Positions 1 through 14,188 of a stretch of 64,000 nucleotides of DNA are shown here, piece after piece; the stretch's first letter is position 1, and each line of letters starts with the position of its first letter. Under the pieces are notes generated by a model. That model did no database searches. It had not been told where the DNA came from and saw nothing but the letters and a program-made list of their open reading frames with translations. The DNA is from Octopus bimaculoides (taxonomy: Eukaryota). The DNA lies in the NCBI RefSeq assembly GCF_001194135.2, contig NC_068981.1, positions 2,808,404 through 2,872,403 on the forward strand, written 5' to 3'. A program made the translations under genes and the position numbers.

Positions 1-629
1 TTGAGTGAGTAACAAAGATCTTGAAGATTATAGACATAAATCTTCTCAGTCATATCTGAGACAACCGCAGGGAGAAACCCAAGTTATTCTTATAATTTCA
101 AACTGTTTCCAGTCATCAATTGCCAACATGGAGTATCTGTAGTTTCCTCAGATCCTCATCATTTAATGTCCATTTAGTATGGGTTGGACAGTTGGACAAG
201 AACTAACAAGTCTGACAACTGCACTGAGCTCCAATTGTCAGTTTTGGCATGGTTTCTACAGCTGGATGCCCTAGGACCCCTAAGAGCAGGTCAGGGATAT
301 TTGTAGCTTAGTCAAAGAAGGGAGAGCATCATCTATTGCTCATTTTTAGGGGACTCTCATAAGGAGCAAATCTGAATTCTTGTAAAACAGAATATTCTAT
401 GGTTGGGAATTAAATTCATAGAATATAATTTGGAAGAGAAGGAGTCTTGGAGAAGTTCAAATGCTTTGGTTTTGTGTGAACAAAGCTGAGAATAAAAAAT
501 TTTCAGACTGTTTATTCCTGAATTTCATTTTATCTCTCATCATTAATTAAACAATTCCCTAGGGGGCCCATAATTGGCAATTGGTTAGAGACACTGACAT
601 ATATATACACACATGTAATTTGCTAGTGT

Positions 630-894
630 GTGTGTATACATATATATACATACATACATACACATACATCCATACATACATATACAAACATATATATACA
701 TACATATACAAACATATATATACATACATACATATATACATACATACATATACAAACATATATATACATACATACATATATACATATACATACATACATA
801 CATATATACATATACACACATATATACATACATACATATATATACACACATATACATATATACATATGCACACATATATACATACATGTATGTG

Positions 895-926
<32 letters not shown>

Positions 927-1436
927 TATACATACACACACATATATATACATATATACATACACATATATACATATATACATACACATATATATACATA
1001 TATACATACNNNNNNNNNNNNNNNNNNNNNNNNNNNNNNNNNNNNNNNNNNNNNNNNNNNNNNNNNNNNNNNNNNNNNNNNNNNNNNNNNNNNNNNNNNN
1101 NNNNNNNNNNNNNNNNNNNNNNNNNNNNNNNNNNNNNNNNNNNNNNNNNNNNNNNNNNNNNNNNNNNNNNNNNNNNNNNNNNNNNNNNNNNNNNNNNNNN
1201 NNNNNNNNNNNNNNNNNNNNNNNNNNNNNNNNNNNNNNNNNNNNNNNNNNNNNNNNNNNNNNNNNNNNNNNNATATATATATATACACATACATACATAT
1301 ATATATATACACATACATACATATATATATATACACATACATACATATATATATATACACATACATATATATATATATACACATACATATATATATATAC
1401 ACATATATATATATATATACACATATATATATATAT

Positions 1437-1469
<33 letters not shown>

Positions 1470-1470
1470 A
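630..1470. repeat. Compound (TA)/(CATA)/(CA) microsatellite with gap
   Basis: Directly visible; it explains the six spurious ORFs here. Confidence 0.95.
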
Positions 1471-2250
1471 AGTTAACACTTGTTTCTATGTTCAGTATTA
1501 ATAAAAACCACTTCACATTAATCCGATGGGTTACTCTATGCTTTTGTAGAACACAAATTTATTATTTTTTAACAAGAACATTGCTGACAGTAAGTTCGAA
1601 GTTTTGGCCAGTTAAGCTATCATCAGACTGCGATGAATTACCTGGCGAAAACTTCAAAGTCACAGTCAAAAATATTGTTTAAGAATGATATAAGCATATC
1701 TTTATAGTGAGATGTGTACAACACGCACACACACAACAACAAAATGAGTTAAAATTGAAATTCTAACATTTAAAACATTTTTAGAACAAAACAAAGCATT
1801 AAATAACCAACAACAAAACAATAACATCATTACTAACATAATTGTATTAAGTCAGTCACATAAGCAATTATAATATAATTATCAAAATAATTACATTAAT
1901 TAAGTTAGATAACCAATTAACAAACTATAACATAATTACAAAACTTATCTCGACATGCAGATAGGGATGTTTTGTTTTTTTGTTTTATCTATGTTTTATC
2001 TATTCACTCCTGCCCTCACTCATCAACTTAGTATCTCCCCCCCCCTCTCTGTGATGGTTACAAACACCTATAAAACAGGTCATAAGCATTCTAAAGTTGT
2101 CAAAGCTACAGGACTGTTTAATTACAATACAATCAAGAGGGGGATGGGGGGGAAGAGATAAAAAACCCTTAGGAGGCACATTGAGAAAGAGAAGGGACTC
2201 AGACAGTCCCAAATAACCAAACAGAGGAGGAACACACACACACACACACA

Positions 2251-3009
2251 GACTGTCTCAGACTACCAAACAGAGGGGACGGACGGACAGACTGTCCCAG
2301 ACTACCAAACAGAGGGGACGGACGGACAGACTGTCCCAGACTACCAAACAGAGGGGACGGACGGACAGACTGTCCCAGACTACCAAACAGAGGGGACNNN
2401 NNNNNNNNNNNNNNNNNNNNNNNNNNNNNNNNNNNNNNNNNNNNNNNNNNNNNNNNNNNNNNNNNNNNNNNNNNNNNNNNNNNNNNNNNNNNNNNNNNNN
2501 NNNNNNNNNNNNNNNNNNNNNNNNNNNNNNNNNNNNNNNNNNNNNNNNNNNNNNNNNNNNNNNNNNNNNNNNNNNNNNNNNNNNNNNNNNNNNNNNNNNN
2601 NNNNNNNNNNNNNNNNNNNNNNNNNNNNNNNNNNNNNNNNNNNNNNNNNNNNNNNNNNNNNNNNNNNNNNNNNNNNNNNNNNNNNNNNNNNNNNNNNNNN
2701 NNNNNNNNNNNNNNNNNNNNNNNNNNNNNNNNNNNNNNNNNNNNNNNNNNNNNNNNNNNACTGTCCCAGATTACCAAACAGAGGGGACGGACGGACAGAC
2801 TGTCCCAGATTACCAAACAGAGGGGACGGACGGACAGACTGTCCCAGATTACCAAACAGAGGGGACGGACGGACAGACTGTCCCAGATTACCAAACAGAG
2901 GGGACGGACAGACAGACTGTCCCAGATTACCAAACAGAGGGGACAGACAGACAGACTGTCCCAGATTACCAAATAGAGGGGACAGACAGACTGTCCCAGA
3001 TTACCAAAC
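2251..3009. repeat. 39-bp minisatellite (gap 2398-2759)
   Basis: Unit actgtcccagattaccaaacagaggggacggacggacag; period 39 (units at 2291 and 2330). Confidence 0.9.
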
Positions 3010-4450
3010 CCCTTGTTCTTGGGATGAACAGCTGTAGTAGTGTCGTTGGTGCTGTTGACAAGCAAGGGAAGAGTTCTCGGCTAGAAAGTGGAAGGATGAC
3101 CCCCTCACCCCTCTATGCCGTATCTTCACACATTTTATGGTACCATGTTAAGAAATGGGGCCATTGTGAACCAGTTTTGGTTTTTTCATTAGTTAATACA
3201 ACCGACTTCCACCAGTTGGGAAAACAGATATAAAATGAGAATATGTGATAATGTAGAAAAAGAGTGAGGTGCCAGTGAGGAGAAGGGCCACAGAATAGAA
3301 GGAAAATCAAGTGAACAAGGGTTGTTTTTTAGTTTGCATTTTGATTGTCCAACCCATGCCAGCATGGAAAGCGGACATTAAATGACGATGATACAAGGCT
3401 TGGGTCAGCCTAAGGCTATAGTAGAAGACACTTGCCCAATGTACCATACAGTGGGACTGAACCCAGAACCATGTGGTTGGTAAGCAAGCTACTTACCACA
3501 CAGCCCCTCCTGCGCCTATATATATATTTTAAGTAATTAAAAAAAATGGAAATTCTTGAAGAAGCTAAAATGTCTTGTGTAATTTACATCATTGCATTTT
3601 TTATTCTGTCAGATGTGATGATGTACGCAACAGTTTCATACCAAGGTTTTGTAACGAGATATATGTAAGGGTTCGACACCCAGAGTCGATAATGATGTTC
3701 TTAAGGGTTCAATACCTGGGTGAATGCAGCAGGTTATATTATAGTGGGACTACTGGATCACATGACAGGAAGGTCCTCTCTATCACTCAATTGTGTGGCA
3801 AACATTCCACACCAAATACTTTTAGGTTGTGATATTACGGTACCTTTTTACATTTTACTGCTTTGTCATTAGACCGTAGCCATGCTGGATCACTGCCTTG
3901 AATAATTTTAGTCAAACAAATCAACCCCAGTACTTATTGTTTTTAAAGCCCAATACTTATTTTATCAGTTTCTTAGGCCAGACTGCTAAGTTACAGGGAC
4001 ATATCTTTACAAGTACCCATCTTTTGGCACTTTGTGAGGTCCTTAGTACCTTTCTACATTACAGTTCTATCAAGATTTCTGCTTTCAATGTGGGTTACCT
4101 TCACTGAGGCTGCCACAGTTTACCAGGCAGAAGGGTATAGCACAATCTCAAGCAGATGGACATCAGGTTACCTCCGACAGAGGTGGGGGAATTTTCTGGA
4201 AATAGGAGGTAAATGGCTGGTAATGTACCTGTCTCTCAGGTAAAGAGAGCATTACCTTGGGAAATGAAGTTGTTGCTTTTATAGCCCATGGTGGAGGCAG
4301 GCATTTAGCAATCAAGTTATCTGTTTATAGCTCAACAATCTGATGGTAGCTAGGAATATTTGTTAATATTGGAGTGGGGGAGAAGGGAGTACACACATAC
4401 ATTATATAGACATATCTACCACTTGCCTTGGTGGGGAAAAAAAAGGTTAA

Positions 4451-4666
4451 CCCTTTCATTACTGTATTTATTTTGAGATGCTCTGTGTTTCTTTCAATTA
4501 ATTTTAAATATAACAAAGAATTTAGTAAAATAACTTAGTTCTCATTCAGCTAGTGTTAGGAACATAAATTGTGACTAAGGTTTGGTGGAAGATTTTAATT
4601 CAAAACCTATGAAAATGAGACATTTATACTACAGAGCTGGTTTCAGCCAAGTTGGTAATGAAAGGG
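4451..4666. mobile_element. piggyBac-type MITE
   Basis: TTAA|CCCTTTCATTAC ... GTAATGAAAGGG|TTAA: perfect 12-bp TIR with TTAA duplication. Confidence 0.88.
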
Positions 4667-4837
4667 TTAAAAGCAAAATATTTTAGTCATATGAAAATAA
4701 CATCACTAAAATTTTCAGAGAAACCAAAACTGGAAATTGAAGTATTCAAGCAAGGAAAACACTTCACGGAACAAAGAAAAACAATGGCATTTAATTTTTT
4801 GTTGGTTGAATATATTTGTTTGAATGGAATAATTGCT

Positions 4838-5015
4838 GAGGTGTGGAATGATGGTTGAGGTGAGGAATGGAACAATGGAATGAAGGTTGAAGTGTGGAGT
4901 GATACAATGGAATAATGACTGATGCACGGAATGGAATGCTTTTGGGAGTGTGGAGTAGTGCGATGAATGATGGTTGAGGTGTGGAGTAGTGCGATGGAAT
5001 GATGGTTGAGATGTA
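4838..5015. repeat. Degenerate ~30-bp tandem repeat
   Basis: Recurrent gatggttgaggtgtggagtagtgcgatggaat-like units. Confidence 0.6.
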
Positions 5016-5711
5016 GAACAGTTCAAGGCATTCAAGACCACGTGACATGCACATGCTGGATATCAAAACAATACAACACACGAGAGAGGAAACATGCAGT
5101 AAGAAGCGAGAAATATTTTTAACACTGATTTCACAAATGAAACTTTGTTACAATTGACGGCATCGCCTGCAGTGAAAACAGCATCAATAAACAACACCAA
5201 GATAGAGTCCAAAGACTAAATTTAGTAGCAGTTTTTCTTTAACATCTCAGGAGTTTAGACAATACAGGGTTAGCAGCAATACCACAATGATTGTCTGCAG
5301 TGATAGATGTCCATCAATAAAATAAAGAGGGGGGATGGGGGCAAGAAGAAGAAGGAAGAAAAGAAAGAAGAAAAAGCCAACAACAACAACAACAACAACA
5401 GAAAGAAAGAAAAAAAGATAATATATTGATTAAAGGTAGTATATTGATTAGTTGTTATTGTTTCAAACAGAAAATAGTTTGAAAGGAGACAAAGAATATT
5501 AACATCCCAAATTCAGAAAAAGAAACTGAAAAACAACAAAACAAAAAAAAAACCTACTTTCACTTTCTGTCTGTCTTTTTTTCCTGTTCTTCTGACCAGA
5601 GAGTTTTCTGGCTTTAGACTGGCGGCAGGCACCTGCAGACAATATATCTGGCACTTCAAATGGAAGTTCCCAACACACCCACACACAAACGCACATGTAC
5701 ACAGATACAGC

Positions 5712-5754
<43 letters not shown>

Positions 5755-5770
5755 TGTACACACAATTTTA

Positions 5771-5812
<42 letters not shown>

Positions 5813-6217
5813 ATACAAACATATATATAAATATATACATATATGTATAATGGATAGATATACAGTAGAGTGAGGAGGTGGGTAATAGTGGAGGAGGGTG
5901 AAGAGCTGCTGAGCAACGAACTAAATTGAGATGCATGTAATCATGAAATGATGATAACTTTACAACAACAACAGAAAGTAAGTGATTGACAGACAGACAG
6001 ACCTTTCGTAACGGCTTATATTGGAAGTGAGGTTAATGTCCTGACTAAATCACAGACAGACAGATATGCACAGAATGACAGCAGACAGACACATACGGAA
6101 ACGCACGTCTGTCTCGGCATGCACAGATGCACACACACTCAGACATGCACATACAGATGTGCACTCACACACAGGCATGCACGTGCACACACACACACAC
6201 ACAAAGACAGACAGATA

Positions 6218-6468
6218 CAGTAAACCCTCACTATACGCGGTTCACTTATCATGGCTCACTTATCGCAGTTCACCCATACCGGTTTATTATTTAAGCTTAC
6301 GTCGATTCCTCTGTGGTGTTGTTTTGCATTTATATTAAAATAAATAGATACAAATTATAAAAGTAATAATAATAAATATACAGTCCGGTACTGTTTCTGC
6401 TTCACAGATTGTCACCTATTGCGGAGGGGCTTCGGAATACGACACCCGTGATAGTCGAGGGATTACTG
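6218..6468. mobile_element. Tc1/mariner (pogo/Tigger-like) MITE
   Basis: TA|CAGTAAACCCTCACTATACGCGG ... CCCGTGATAGTCGAGGGATTACTG|TA: ~23-bp imperfect TIRs with a TA target duplication. Confidence 0.85.
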
Positions 6469-6659
6469 TACACACAACCATATCACAGGGATTCTTTTAA
6501 TCCATAATACTAGTCCGACTCATTCCAGCATTTCTAAAACTGAAATAAAATATAAATAAACAAATATAGCCACAGCTCTGAGCTGAAACTACAAAAAAAA
6601 AAAACCCTGAAGAAAACGGTTTCCCCTCCCCCACCGCCCAAAGTTGAAAGAAGGGTTCA

Positions 6660-6881
6660 CCTTTTAGCATTCAGATTACTGTTATCCAATGTAATTTGCA
6701 TTTATTCGCATTATTTTGAATTAATCATGCATTATCGCAGAGCTTTGAGATTCCGATGATGTGATTGTTTATTTTTTAGAATGATATTGTAAGGTAGGTG
6801 TGAAAGGCCAGATCTGACTAGTTTGACCAGAATACAAGTAGGATATTTTGGCCAGGTGTGACCGGTTTAAATGCTAAATAG
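6660..6881. mobile_element. TTAA-type MITE, second family
   Basis: CCTTTTAGCATT ... AATGCTAAATAG. The interior is collinear with 35475-35693. Confidence 0.65.
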
Positions 6882-7477
6882 TCAAAGTAGAGTATTACAA
6901 GACAAAAAAAGAAAAGAAAAAAAAGATTTGCTGGTGGATTGCATGAGGTGGCGGTGGAGAGGAGGTTTGTAACTGTTGGAACAAGTTGTTGCAGGAAGAA
7001 TGTATTCCAAGAAGAGCTTGTTTGTAGGTTTAACCTCCATTTGAAAGTAAATCAATTTTTAGATATCTTTGTGTTTGAGAAGAGCAATCAAAAGTTGAAT
7101 GAAAAGCAGCACGATGGGAATGTTGCCTTGAATTAGTTGCCTGAATACAGCTAATTAGATACAATTTGGCTCGTTAAAGAATTTACATTCTGAAAATATT
7201 GATTAACATCCGGCAGAACCGAGTTACTTTATCTTATTTCAATGACATCAGATGCTTCTTATAAAAATCTCAATTATATGTAATGAAAACATTTGGGGGG
7301 GGNNNNNNNNNNNNNNNNNNNNNNNNNNNNNNNNNNNNNNNNNNNNNNNNNNNNNNNNNNNNNNNNNNNNNNNNNNNNNNNNNNNNNNNNNNNNNNNNNN
7401 NNNNNNNNNNNNNNNNNNNNNNNNNNNNNNNNNNNNNNNNNNNNNNNNNNNNNNNNNNNNNNNNNNNNNNNNNNNNN

Positions 7478-7525
<48 letters not shown>

Positions 7526-7645
7526 GGAGAGAGTGTGTGAGACTATATGCACAGGCATACTCCATGTTCTTTCTCCCTTTCTTGTTAGCCAGTTCCCAGA
7601 TTTCCAGGTATTTCAAAAGCATACTTCCTGTTGAATCCTTTATAT

Positions 7646-7891
7646 ATTTATTTATTTATTTATTGCCCACAGTGGGGTGGGGATCTAAACATAAAGGGGA
7701 CAAACAAAGACAAAGGGATTAAGTTGATTACATCGACCCCAGTATGGAACTGGTACTTATTTAATCAACCCCGAAAGGATGAAAAGCAAAAATTGACCTT
7801 GGCAGAATTTGAACTCAGAACGTGGCAGCAGCAGACGAAATCCCGCTAAGCATTTCGCCCGGCAAACTAACGATTCTGCCAGCTCGCCACC
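7646..7891 (-). mobile_element. tRNA-derived SINE, family C
   Basis: Head ggcgagctggcagaatcgttag...gagttcaaattctgcc; tail with ATAA repeats. Confidence 0.8.
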
Positions 7892-8534
7892 CTGAATACC
7901 TTATATGTTGAACATAGCATGTCTGTGTGTGTGTAGCTACTTCTCCATGATGCTTGCATGGGCCGGATGGAGTATATTGAGGCAGATTTTTAAAAGTGCC
8001 CTACTTGTCGCCAATTCTCACCTGTTCCCAAGTCAGGTAACATTTCCCCCATGACCTGACATGTTTCCAAAGAGTGATACTCATTTACAATTATCAAAAT
8101 TATCAAACCAATACCATGTAGTAACGTCCTGACTTTGGCATTCATCTCAAACTAATTCACTCACACCAGACAATTTCCATTTTCACTGAAGCCAGAATTA
8201 ACAGTAAAAAGCTTTCCATCATCACCTGTTCAATTCAAAGCCACAGACTAAAACCATACTTCATTTTTGTCCAACCCATCAAAGATATGCAAGAGATTTG
8301 GCTGCTATTTCTAATAGGCTTAGCTACTATTTTCCGGTTAGCTCATTTGCTTATACTTATAACAGTAGAAATAGCAACAAATTTGACTGTCTCCCATGTT
8401 GGTTTATATTTATACTTACATAAGATAATAGGGTATGATTGGAGGAAGATCTTAGCTGCTATTTCTACTCAGTTTAACTATTATGTAGTGGCTGCCATTA
8501 AGGTTTATATGTATGTTTAAAAAAAAAAAAAGGC

Positions 8535-9225
8535 AATGATGAAAGACTGAGACCTGTGGAGATCTGCTGTGATTGAGAAGACCCGGCAAGTAAAGCGAGA
8601 TCACAGTCGTGGCCTGCACCAGTGTTACATAACCAGCCCACTTAAAAAGTACCCTTGAATCGTTGGGCGACATGCCGTGTTTGAGGAGACCTATTGAGAG
8701 TTGTAGCTGATACCAGTGCTGCCTGACTGGCTCCTGTGCTAGTGGCACGCAATAAGCACCATTCATGTGTGGGTCATGGCCAGTGTTGCCTGACTGGCTT
8801 CCCATGCTGGTGGCATGTAAAAAGCGCCATCTGAACATGGAAGATGCCAGCCCCAACTGGCTCCTGTACCGGTAGCACGTAAAAAGCACCATCAAAGTGT
8901 GGCCGATGCCAGTGTCACCTGACTGGCTCCCGTGCCAGTGGAAAGTAAAAAACACCCACTACACTCCTGGAGTGGTTGGTGATTAGATACCCTATTATCT
9001 TTTAGTGTAAAAATTGATTTTTATTTACCTTAAGTATTATGAAAATAGTTGATTAATAATTGATTATTATATTATTTAAAACTTAAAAGGTTTGGCAGTT
9101 TTACATATCCAGCTGTAGAAACATTGTCAGATCAGATTGGAGCCTGCTGCAGCTACTGGCTCTCCAGACCTCAGTCAAACTGTCCGACCCATGCCAGCAT
9201 GGAAAATGGATGTTAAACAATAACG
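8535..9225 (+). mobile_element. SINE-like family B, long copy with an AT-rich interruption (~8990-9105)
   Basis: Same modules and tail as 39770-40192. Confidence 0.7.
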
Positions 9226-9370
9226 AGAAAGAGAAGATATATATATATATATATATATGGGTTGACATCGCTAAGCGGTGATGTGTATAAACACAAGTTT
9301 ATTACCAGCTCAAATAAGCTGGAGGGATATTTGAATCCATAAGAAATCCATTCACTGTATTTTGTCACAG

Positions 9371-9605
9371 GAAAAATTTCTCACTATGGACAGAAGTATA
9401 AAAACACCAGGTCAACTCACAACATTTGCTAACCAGACTGGTGGATACTTGCATTTCAGAGTGGTCATCTCTTCAGCATCAACTGACCCAGAGTATCTAC
9501 ACCTATTTCTTTAGAGTGAGAAATTTACTCCATCACAAAATACAGTCAATGGCTTTCTTAAAGATTTCTTGGAATATGCCTCAAGAATATTTGAACTGGA
9601 AACAG
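9371..9605 (+). pseudogene. Exon-like segment with a Schlafen/AlbA_2-like FANxxGGYL motif and one in-frame TAG
   Basis: Flanked by the acceptor ttttgtcacag| and the donor CAG|GTTTGT. Translation: EKFLTMDRSIKTPGQLTTFANQTGGYLHFRVVISSASTDPEYLHLFL*SEKFTPSQNTVNGFLKDFLEYASRIFELET. The resemblance rests on one short motif. Confidence 0.3.
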
Positions 9606-9628
9606 GTTTGTATATATTGATGATAATC

Positions 9629-9674
<46 letters not shown>

Positions 9675-11199
9675 CATCAGATGCCAGTGCCACCTGACTG
9701 GCACCTGAGCCAGTAGCACATAAAAAGCACCATTCGAGTGTGACCAATGCCAGTGCCACCTGACAGGCACCTGTGCCTGTGGTACATAAAAAGCAACCAC
9801 CACACTCTCAAACTGGTTGGTATTAGAAAGGGTATCCAGCTGTAGAAACCTTGCCAAATCAGACTGGAGCCTAGTGCAGCCTCCTGGCTTACCTGTTCTC
9901 AATCAAACCATCCAACCCATGCCAGCATGGAAAGCAGACGTTAAATGACAATGATGATGATGACATACTAAAAGAGAGATTATTCGATCATTTGACACTG
10001 CAGGGTTTCAATTCATTAAGGTAAAATTCAACTATTTTCAGTTTCAATTCTTTGAATAACTCAATTAGGTTTTTTTCCTGAATTGATCTTATAGCTCTGT
10101 TGATGCTTTTGAAGATTAATAAGGCATCATTTTTATAAAACCTACCATTAACACAATGGATTTTATTGTGGATTAAATATATGTATTAAATTTGAAATTG
10201 CATATACCTAATAAATTTGTAATTTCTACAGAAGACATATCTTCCATACTCGCATCTTAAACTTTTGGCACTGTATTATAATTTACATGTTACTTATTAA
10301 AGAAAAAAAAAAACTGATTTCCTAGAATGCTTTGTACATCATTATCTAAGATGATGGAGCAGCATTTCGTGAATTATTTTAATAGTAGACGTTTAGTTAT
10401 GAAAAGGTAGTCATCTCTAATGTTATATTGGATAAACATATATTTTCGTTTACCAGGGATTCTAAACCAATTTGTTACTCAAGTACTTTTGTTTCAGACT
10501 GTTAATCTGGAAAATTATAAATTTTGCTGTTTTTACCAATCCTGTTTTCGTTGGAATTAAGAGTCTCGTTGCTGTGAATTACAACTTTTTCTTCAACATT
10601 AAAACTACAAGTTATGTTTCTAGCCTCATTATTTATAGACTTTCATCTATTATTATCATTAGTTTTTGTCTTTTTTTTTTTTAATATTATTAGTGTTATT
10701 TTTTTTTATAAATATATTATTTGATTTTACAATATTCTTTATATTTTCTGGTAGGTGTTGTTTATCTTGAATTTTATGGTGGGTTTTTTTTTTTTTTTCA
10801 CCATTTTGAAGTTGTTATTTTGAAAGATTGAAGCTGTTTGCTGTTTGAATTTTCTGGTTTTGAAACCAAATTTTGTTTCCTTGTGTGTAGGTTTCCTTTG
10901 CTGTCTTGTTGGTGGTGGGAGGGAGGGTTCCAACACATTCTCTTAACCAGGTCTTCTCTACACTACTTCAGATCTTTATTTATCACAAAACTGGGCCACA
11001 TTACCTCATGAGCCATGTGATGCTGGTACTATGTTATAATGTGAATATTTAATCATCATCATCATGTAATGTCCGTTTTCTATGCTGGCATGGATTAGAC
11101 AGTTTGACTGGAGTGCACCAGGCTCCAGTCTGTTTTGGACTGGTTTCTATGGCTAGATGCCCTTCCTAATGCCAACCACTCTACAGAGTGTACTAGGTG

Positions 11200-11289
<90 letters not shown>

Positions 11290-11529
11290 ATGTGCTGGTG
11301 ACATGTAAAAGACCCATGCTGTTCCCACATTAAAAACACCCATGCTGTTCCCACATTAAGAACACCCATGCCAGTGCCACATAAAAAGTGCTGGTGCCAC
11401 GCAAAAGGCATCCAGCACACTCTGTAAAGTGGACAATGGAAGCTGGTGCAGCCCCTGGCCTTATCAGTTCCTGTCAAACCACCCAACCCATACCAGTATG
11501 GAAAACAGACATTAAATGATGATGATGTT

Positions 11530-11564
<35 letters not shown>

Positions 11565-12351
11565 ACCCATGTGATGGTTGTAAATGAGCATTACTGTCAT
11601 GTAAGTGGTATGTTTCATTTCCAGTCTTCCATGTAAGGTATGTCTAACCAGAAGGAAATATGACCTTGCTTGGAAATAGGTGAAGGTTGGTGGCAGGAAA
11701 GGCATCCAGCTGCAAAAGGTTTGGCTCAACACATTCCACAAGCATGGAAAAGTGAACATTAAATGATGATGATGATGATTGTGAACCAGAGAAAGGTAGA
11801 ACAAGAACAGCAACATCATGGGATTGACCTCAACAAAGCAGCTTTTCCATACATAGTCACTCAAAATGGTAGAAATAGTAACCCAATCCCTCTTGCTGCA
11901 CTTGATCTTTGAGAAAAAAAAAGAACACATCAGATATTGTTGTCTTGAATATATACATTGTCTGGAAATAAGCTGGGATGGTCATGACAAGAACATCATT
12001 GCTTAGGAGGTCAGCTTGATCAGAGGTGACCTGGGCCTTAACTACAACAGCAACAATATGGAAGCCTGTACAGAACATAAAATACCACATATCTTTATGG
12101 AATGGATTAATATTGGTATTAAGACATTCTCAAGTTATGAAGTAATGTTGTTGGAATAATCTAAATATAGGTGTGGGTGTGTGTGTGTGTGAGTGTGTGG
12201 CGAGGTGTGAAGTAGGTGTGGGTAAGAAGCCATGTTGGTAAATGAGTTCTGAAATAGACATGATTAACATATGTACTAACGGTGATATCAGATTTCTATA
12301 GACTTCAATCTTTGATACACACACACACATATATATATATAGATGGATGGA

Positions 12352-12407
<56 letters not shown>

Positions 12408-12702
12408 NNNNNNNNNNNNNNNNNNNNNNNNNNNNNNNNNNNNNNNNNNNNNNNNNNNNNNNNNNNNNNNNNNNNNNNNNNNNNNNNNNNNNNNNNNNNN
12501 NNNNNNNNNNNNNNNNNNNNNNNNNNNNNNNNNNNNNNNNNNNNNNNNNNNNNNNNNNNNNNNNNNNNNNNNNNNNNNNNNNNNNNNNNNNNNNNNNNNN
12601 NNNNNNNNNNNNNNNNNNNNNNNNNNNNNNNNNNNNNNNNNNNNNNNNNNNNNNNNNNNNNNNNNNNNNNNNNNNNNNNNNNNNNNNNNNNNNNNNNNNN
12701 NN

Positions 12703-12773
<71 letters not shown>

Positions 12774-12911
12774 TGTAAATATAATTAAAAGCTTTCACCG
12801 TATTTTGATTATAGAAAATAGTCTAATATCGGGGCACATAAACCCCTTGACAGAAAAAAATGGGCATCAGTACACAGATATATATATGTGCATACACACT
12901 TGCACACGTGC

Positions 12912-12950
<39 letters not shown>

Positions 12951-13006
12951 TACATGCACACTGGCGTGTATGTGAATATATATATGTGCATACACGCACA
13001 CATGTG

Positions 13007-13058
<52 letters not shown>

Positions 13059-13879
13059 TACACAGAGGATACAGCAGAAAAAACCCCTTATGCTTTACAA
13101 GAGTATTGCTGTGACACCAATTGAAGTTAAGCAGTATATATATTTGAGGGATCATGTTTGCAAGCAGGTGGTAATTCCCTTCATGTAATGTTTTACTGTT
13201 TGTTTTGTTTTATTCATTTGTTTTTCTTGCATCAACTTCCTTATACTACTTTCAACCCTCTACATAAAGAGTTCTAAACCTAACTATTCCATCGAAGGCC
13301 CTTTGTTGAAAACTTGATACTTTTTCACTCATTATTCAAAACCAAACTGAGTGACACGTAGAAACTCTTCTGGATTTTGTAGTAACTTCATCTCTTCATT
13401 AACAAAAACTGTTTCATTCACTTGAAACAACATCAGCTGAAAAGTGTCTTCTCAAAAGAAAAAAGCAAACAAACAGTTTTATTGACGTGTGCAACTATGT
13501 TTAGGTTGGCACCAGGTTGGCAGAGCTGATAACTTCTTTTATCTGCTGTTTTTTTTTGTTTTTTTTTGCTTTTTTTTTCCCTCTTAAAAAAAATTCTCAG
13601 AGAGAACATGCTTCACTGAAGAAGCTATTGTGGTTGGATGTATCATATACTCCAGGCTCACTGACAAACACTACTGTGCCATATACCTCATACTCACTGA
13701 CATGCACATTCAGGGGCAAGCAGGCATGTGCACACACGCGCAGGCCTTTGCTGAAATTCACACTTGACTAATTAATTCTTTGACAACGACAAATACTACT
13801 ACCACCACCGCCACCACCACCACCACCTTAGTGATTCATAGTAGCTCTTCCACACCTCTTTCTTTTCAGAATCACTCTA

Positions 13880-14151
13880 ACTTGTTTCAGTCATTTGACT
13901 GCGGCCATGCTGGAGCACCGCCTTTAGTCGAGCAAATCGACCTCAGGACTTATTCTTTGTAAGCCTAGTACTTATTCTATCATTCTCTTTTGCCGAACTG
14001 CTAAGTTACAGGGACATAAACACACAAGCATCGGTTGTCAAGCGATNNNNNNNNNNNNNNNNNNNNNNNNNNNNNNNNNNNNNNNNNNNNNNNNNNNNNN
14101 NNNNNNNNNNNNNNNNNNNNNNNNNNNNNNNNNNNNNNNNNNNNNNNNNNN

Positions 14152-14188
<37 letters not shown>

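Noticed and set aside
559-1682. Six ~300-aa ORFs rich in Y/I/H/T
   Set aside because: These are translations of TA/CA microsatellites plus an N gap. The same applies to the ORFs at 12.1-13.1, 21.2-22.5, 54.5-55.3 and 56.8-57.3 kb.
5560-5640. Short segment with splice-like signals on both strands
   Set aside because: Ambiguous orientation and no homology, so it cannot be supported without RNA data.
10860-10945. WNPP peptide on the minus strand, a possible CUEDC1 exon
   Set aside because: It is followed by SHHQQDSKG rather than LLGxLPDDFLR, and I saw no convincing splice sites.
13338-13438. Minus-strand acceptor followed by a 34-codon open frame (LMLFQVNETVFVNEEMKLLQNPEEFLRVTQFGFE*)
   Set aside because: Short, with no recognisable homology; expected by chance in 64 kb.
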